Below, in pieces: positions 58,416 to 64,000 of a DNA stretch of 64,000 nt. Under the pieces are notes generated by a model. It was not told the DNA's origin, searched no databases, and saw nothing but the letters and a program-made list of their open reading frames with translations. How positions within the stretch are numbered: the stretch's first letter is position 1; each line of letters starts with the position of its first letter. Position numbers and translations under genes: made by a program. The stretch lies in contig NW_027362796.1 in assembly GCF_046119375.1 (NCBI RefSeq), positions 10,726,001-10,790,000 on the forward strand, read 5' to 3'. The stretch is from Phyllobates terribilis (Eukaryota).

Positions 58416-59786
58416 CACTGCTCAAAAAAATAAAGGGAACACTCAAACATCTCATCCTAGATATGAATGAATGAAATATTCTCATTGAATACTTTGTTCT
58501 GTACAAAGTTGAATGTTATGACAACAAAATCACACAAAAATCATCAATGGAAATCAAATTTATTAACCAATGGAGGCCCGGATTTTGAGTCACCCCCAAA
58601 ATTAAAGTGGAAAAACACACTACAGGCTGATCCAACTTTGATGTAATATCCTAAAAACAAGTCAAAATGAGGCTCAGTATTGTGTGTGGACTTCACGTGC
58701 CTGTATGACCTCCCTACAACGCCTGGGCATGCTCCTGATGAGGTTGCGGATGGTCTCCTGTGGGATCTCCTCCCAGACCTGGACTAAAGCATCCGCCAAC
58801 TCCTGGACAGTCTGGTGCAAGGTGACATTGGTGGATGGAGCGAGACATGATGTCCCAGATGTGCACAATCGGATTCAGGTCTGGGGAACGGGCGGACCAG
58901 TCCATAGCTTCAATGCCTTCATCTTGCAGGAACTGCTGACACACTCCAGCCATATGAGGTCTGGCATTGTCCTGCATTAGGAGGAACCCAGGGCCAACCG
59001 CACCAGCATATGGTCTCACAAGAGGTCTGAGGATCTCATCTCGGTACCTAATCGCAGTCTGGCGAGCACATAGAGGGCTGTGCGGCCCTCCAAAGAAATG
59101 CCACCCCACACCATTACTGACCCACTGACAAACCGGTCATGCTGATGTTGCAGGCAGCAGATCGCTCTCCACGGCGTCTCCAGACTCTGTCACGTCTGTC
59201 ACATGTGCTCAGTGTGGACCTGCTTTCATCTGTGAAGAGCACAGGGCGCCAGTGGCGACTTTGCCAATCCTGGTGTTCTGTGGCAAATGTCAAGCGTCAT
59301 GCACGGTGTTGGGCTGTGAGCACCACCCCCATCTGTGGACTTCGGGCCCTCATACCACTCTCATGGAGTCGGTTTCTAACCGTTTGTGCAGACACATGCC
59401 ACAGCTCGCACTGATGTGCCATCCTGGATGAACTGCACTACCTGAGCAACTTCTGTGGGTTGTACTGTAGACACCGCCTCATGCTACTGTACCTCTAGGG
59501 GTGAGAGCAACGGCAAAATGAAAAAGTGACCAAAACAACAGCCCAAAAGGCTGAGAACAGAGAAATAGTCTGTGGTCACCACTTGCTGAACCACTCCTTT
59601 ATAGGGGTATCTTGCTAATTGCCTATCATTTCTACCAGTTGTCTGTTACATTTGCACAACAGCAGGAGAAATTGATTCACAATCAGTGTTGCTTCATAAC
59701 TGGACAGGTAGATTTCACAGAAGTGTGATTGACTTGGGAGTTACATTGTGTTGTTTAAGTGTTCCCTTTATTTTTTTTGAGCAGTG
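58416..59786 (-). mobile_element. Tc1-family transposon with both TIRs, internally deleted
   Basis: TIRs CACTGCTCAAAAAAATAAAGGGAACAC; TA on both sides; LMQDNARPH...WSARSPDLNPIVHIW (catalytic Glu replaced by Val). Confidence 0.93.
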
Positions 59787-60059
59787 TACTTTGCCAAACT
59801 GTCTTTATCTGGTAATACACATCACAAGAAGGGGTTAAAACAATAAGAGCCCCAGTTTGTTTTCTTGAACCATATACCTTCCATAATAAAACCTTCAGAT
59901 AAGCTTTAGTGGATCTCCTGAAATGACTCTGATAGAGGACTCAAACCTGCACTATGTCTACAAGACTGAAGAATGTTCAAGTTACCTCTGTGTCAAAAGA
60001 ACTGGGGTCAATATGGAGAGTTGTGTCCAGTATAGCTGCATTTAATCTGTAGTAGTCAC

Positions 60060-61380
60060 TACAAATTACTTGTGAGGCCACATCTAGAATGTGGGATCCA
60101 GTTTTGGGCTTCACATTTTAAAACAGTTATTCGGAAGTTAGAGTCAGTTCAGAGGCAGCAGCTAGATTATTACAAGGGACGGAGACTTCTCATATGTTGA
60201 GAGGTTGGAAAAGTTGGGCTTTTTTAGCTTAGAAAAACGAAGCCTCAGAGGAGATCTCACTTATATGTATAAATACATGTGAGATCAATACAAAGGACTT
60301 GTGTAATGGGATGGGTGGTGGAGCCACTGTGCCGTGGTGCAAGGAGAGACTCGGGAAAATAACTAGGGACCTCACGAAATTCAACTTCGGATGTACAGCG
60401 GCTTGACTACTCCATGACCCAAGGAGGGGCGAGGAAGGTGGACCAGGTGCTAATCCGGGTCTGACCTCGGGAAGATAGCAACTGACCCCCAAGGGACAGG
60501 AGGCAGGAACAGGCGGGCACGGCTGGTAGACTGGCAGGCGGGCACGGTTGGTAGACAGGCTGACGGACAGGCAGGTAAATGGAGATACATGCACTGGGAC
60601 CTGAGAACTAACAAGAGTGTTTAGCAAACAAATTTACAACGTTGCACAGGCACCTCCATGTTGGAGGAGGTGCCTTAAGTAGTTTATTTTATTTATTTTA
60701 CTCACTTACATAGCGCCATTAATTCCACAGCGTTTTACAGACATTATGGGCACTGTCCCCATTGGGGCTCACAATCTACATTCCCTATGATTATGTCTTT
60801 TGGAGTATGTGAGGAAACCGGAGAACCAGGAGGAAACCCACACAAACTCCTTGCAGATGTTGTCTTTTTAGTGTAATCCAACCATTGGCCAGGGACATTC
60901 AGCATGGCGTGCGGCCCCTTAAGAGGCAGGAAGTGCGCGTGCCCCCCCAAGCACAGTACTCGGGGATCTGTTAGTTGTGCGTGTACCCCGGGCAGTGTCA
61001 GTGTGTAAGGAGGACGGAGGAGTGGAACACTCTTAGCGGGGGCTGTGGCAGTAAGGGGGTCGGCGTCTCTGCCACAGGAGAGGGGCAGGAGGCAGAGATG
61101 CAGGCGCTACAACTTGCACATGACTTATTCCTTCCAAGAACCAGGGGCACTCATTACGTTTGGAGGAGAGGAGATTCCGGCAGCTAAATAGGAAAGGGTT
61201 CTTTACAGTTAGAGCAGTCAGACTGTGGAATGCCGACCACAAGAGGTAGTAATGGCAGACACTAGAACAGTTTTTAAAAAATGGCTGGATGTTTTTATCA
61301 CAACAAATGGCATTGTGGGTTTTAAATAATCTAGCGATAGAGAACGTATAACTGGTGGAGGAAGGTTGACCTTGATGGAC
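60060..61380 (+). mobile_element. CR1 3' fragment split by a solo LTR
   Basis: FSLEKRSLRGDL...QYKGL|AHDLFLPRTRGHSLRLEE is restored across the insertion. Confidence 0.8.
60302..61111 (-). mobile_element. Solo LTR (TG...CA) containing a SINE-like insert at ~60684-60870
   Basis: 5-bp TSD ACTTG at 60297-60301 and 61112-61116. The insert has a (TTTA)n tail and the ATAGCGCC motif shared with L2 3' ends. Confidence 0.8.
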
Positions 61381-62399
61381 CGGAGTCTTTATTCTAACAA
61401 TCTATATAACACCAGCTACTTAAGCTCGGCTACTATTCTTTGCGGCCACTGCAGCTCAGCTCCATTGCAGTGACTGACAGAGGGCGGAAATGTAGAGGGA
61501 GAAATTGTGCGAATGCCTGTACAGGTCGAATAAACTTGTTCATAAAATCTGTTATGGCAATCTGCCAACAGCAGGGGGTGCCATTGCGCCCAGGCGTTGT
61601 GATGGGAGGGAATAAAGGAGACCACAACCCGGTGATGCTCAGCAAGAGTCCCTCACTCTGGGAGGGTCAAGAGTATATTTTTATAGGTTTTCCAAGGGGG
61701 TTTCCAGAACTGGGGCCCCTCTACAAAGACACTCAATTGTCTAATTAATCCAGTAGTCTTACTTAATTGGTTATACCCAGTTATGCAACATTACATCTAT
61801 TACTTATCTACTTTAACATAATACTCTTGGCAGGTGGCCATCATCATCTCAAGTTCACTTTAAGCAAAGTCATTCTTGTTCTTAAAGTTATATGAAGCTC
61901 TCAACCGCCATCTTGGATATCTGTATGTCGCAGCAGAAATTCTTCTTAGCACAAAGTCTTATATAATTCAAACACATCACACAATTAATATAAGAATCTG
62001 TTCCTTCACAAAATCCTTGCGAAAAGCGCGATATCCATTGAAGATGTTGATTATGGTTAAGTGAATCAGCTGCTCAGTGGAACTCTCTCTCATAGTAATG
62101 GTTATCTCATTCAGTTGAGTAGGATGGTACGTCAAGAGGAGGCAAGAACATATACAAGAGAGCAGAAAGTAGTCATAGCTAAGATTGTAACTTTCATTAC
62201 TGATGCTTTGCAGAGGTGAAATCTAGTACCATTGGATGAGAGACTTGGGGAGGAAACCTGAATCAAATTAATTTGGAATGGAAAATCTGTGAATCTGAGA
62301 AGGAAGTTGGCAAAATTCTGCTTTGACTTCCACATAAAGACAGCTATTTATGAAGTGCAACCAAAAGAGTCATTCCACATACAGTTCCTGATGGTTTAA

Positions 62400-62960
62400 T
62401 GGGAATGACTCCAAAACATTTACTAGGTGTCCATCATTTTTGAAGGTTGGTACTGTAAAATCTTTGGAAGTGCACCCCAGCCACCACCATGCTTCACCGT
62501 AGGCAGGGTGTTCTTTTTAGCATTTGCTTCATTCATCCTCTTTCAATAATACTTTTATCCATAGGCCTGAAAATGTTCTGTTTTGTTTCATCGCTCGACA
62601 GGACAGAATCCCAAAATTCCTGTGACTTATTGACATGATTTTGACACTATTAGAGCTGACAACTCTGGTCAGTGAAGGTGTACTTCTTGGAGATGGGTCA
62701 TGTTTCCTTCAAGTCCAGGTAATGTAGTCAGTGTTCCTGGGACTTTGAATGTTTTTAGAGTTACAGCTGGAAGCAGTCTTTACAAGTTCAATATCTTTGC
62801 AATTCTTTTGTATTCTTTTCCTTGTTTCCACTAAGCAATGGTCTCTTCACAACTTTTTCAACCACTCTCGAGAACACAAGAATATTAATGAACCAAAGGG
62901 AGTTAACCATAAAGACTGGGCTAAGATTCCTCAGGAATGAGGCAAAACCGATGTCTGGGT
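62400..62960. mobile_element. Degraded Tc1 fragments
   Basis: Minus strand: FWDSVLSSDETK and TLPTVKHGGG. Plus strand: WAKIPQE. Confidence 0.5.
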
Positions 62961-63003
62961 ATGTGGGTATGTAGCAATGTTTACAGCTGGTGATAACTGC
63001 CAT

Positions 63004-64000
63004 AATGATAATAATTTTTATTTTTATAGCGCCAACATATTCTGCAGCACTTTACAATTTTAGGGGGACTTATACAGACAATACAGACGTTACAAAATAA
63101 GCATAACTCATATCAAAAGGAGTGAGGGCCCTGCTCGCAAGCTTACAGTCTATGAGGACATAGGGGGGCACAAAAGGTATCATGTACATATGTTATATAA
63201 TATAGCCATAATATACTAAATAGGGTATGTACATAACACTACATGAACTGTTCGCCAGTCAGTACGTGTACATTACAGACTATTATGTGCATGAATGGTA
63301 TGAATTTGAAGAAAATTTTAATATGGGCTAAACTAGGACAGTTAGATAAGTATGTTAAGGCGATAGGCCAGTCTAAAGAAATGGGTTTTTAGGGCACGCT
63401 TAAAACTGTGGGTATTGGGAATTAATTGAATTGTCCTGAGTAGTGCATTCCAAAGAATTGGCGCAACACATGAGAAATCTTGGAGACGAGAGTGGGAAGT
63501 TCGGAGGATTTTAGTTTAAAGTCATTGGCAGAACAGAGGGCATGGGTAGGGTGGTGACTGCGATGAGGGAGGAGATGTAGGGCGGTGCTGAAGCATGGAG
63601 CGCTTTGTGAGTAAGCGTGATAAGTTTATATTGAACTCTGTATTGGATGGGCATAGGGAACAGGCATCGGTGTAGCGGTTGGAGAGGAATATGATCCTGG
63701 CTGTTGCATTAAGGACGGATTGGAGATGGGAAAGTTTAGAAAGAGGGAGACCGATTAGTAAAAAAGTTGCAGTAGTCCAGGCGAGAATGAATAAGAGCTA
63801 CAGTAAGAGTTTTTGCCGAGTCAAAGGTAAGAAAAGTTATGAGTCTAGAGATGTTTTTGAGGTGTAGATGACATGAACGAACGAGTGATTTGATGTGAGG
63901 AACGAAGGAAAAATCTGAATCAAACATGACCCCAAGACAGCGGGCATGTTGCTGGGAGTAAAGGTAGAGCCACAAACGGAAATAGCAATAAAGGGCACAG
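63004..64000 (-). mobile_element. L2 LINE 3' end (continues past the window)
   Basis: Same tail as at 8293 (ATAATTTTTATTT.TATAGCGCCAACATATT); RCLGVMFDSDFSF...LIHSRLDYC. Confidence 0.9.

Noticed and set aside
61380-62380. Unassigned stretch with short ORFs
   Set aside because: I recognised no motif, splice structure or terminal repeat; it is probably decayed repeat sequence and needs a Dfam/BLAST search.

Overview
Eukaryotic genomic DNA, very probably an anuran (frog) genome; this is inferred from the oocyte/gastrula-type KRAB-C2H2 zinc-finger exon style and the TE families. The only convincing host gene is a plus-strand KRAB-like zinc-finger gene. It has five short coding exons at 5030-6087, a ~20-kb TE-filled intron, and a 7-finger terminal exon at 25993-26774 (reconstructed 450 aa, all splice phases compatible). 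A tandem duplicate of the terminal-exon segment (~40910-51536) carries a reshuffled 7-finger array broken by a solo LTR and by a non-autonomous Gmr1-like Gypsy element. An inverted copy of the gene's upstream 30-bp minisatellite region lies at 55149-56780. Most of the rest is nested mobile DNA: three large BED-hAT transposon copies (one inside another with an 8-bp TSD), several Gypsy elements and solo LTRs with TG...CA ends and TSDs, L2, CR1 and L1 LINEs, Tc1 elements and MITEs. The most unusual details are an LTR-PBS-LTR-stub terminus carrying a perfect tRNA-Leu copy, an 18S rRNA fragment inside a hAT element, a conserved tRNA-Ser-like motif inside an LTR family, a 72-bp satellite apparently built from CR1 RT coding sequence, and a possible antisense Ig-like pseudo-exon. 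All alignments and counts were done by eye, so boundaries without a TSD are approximate.
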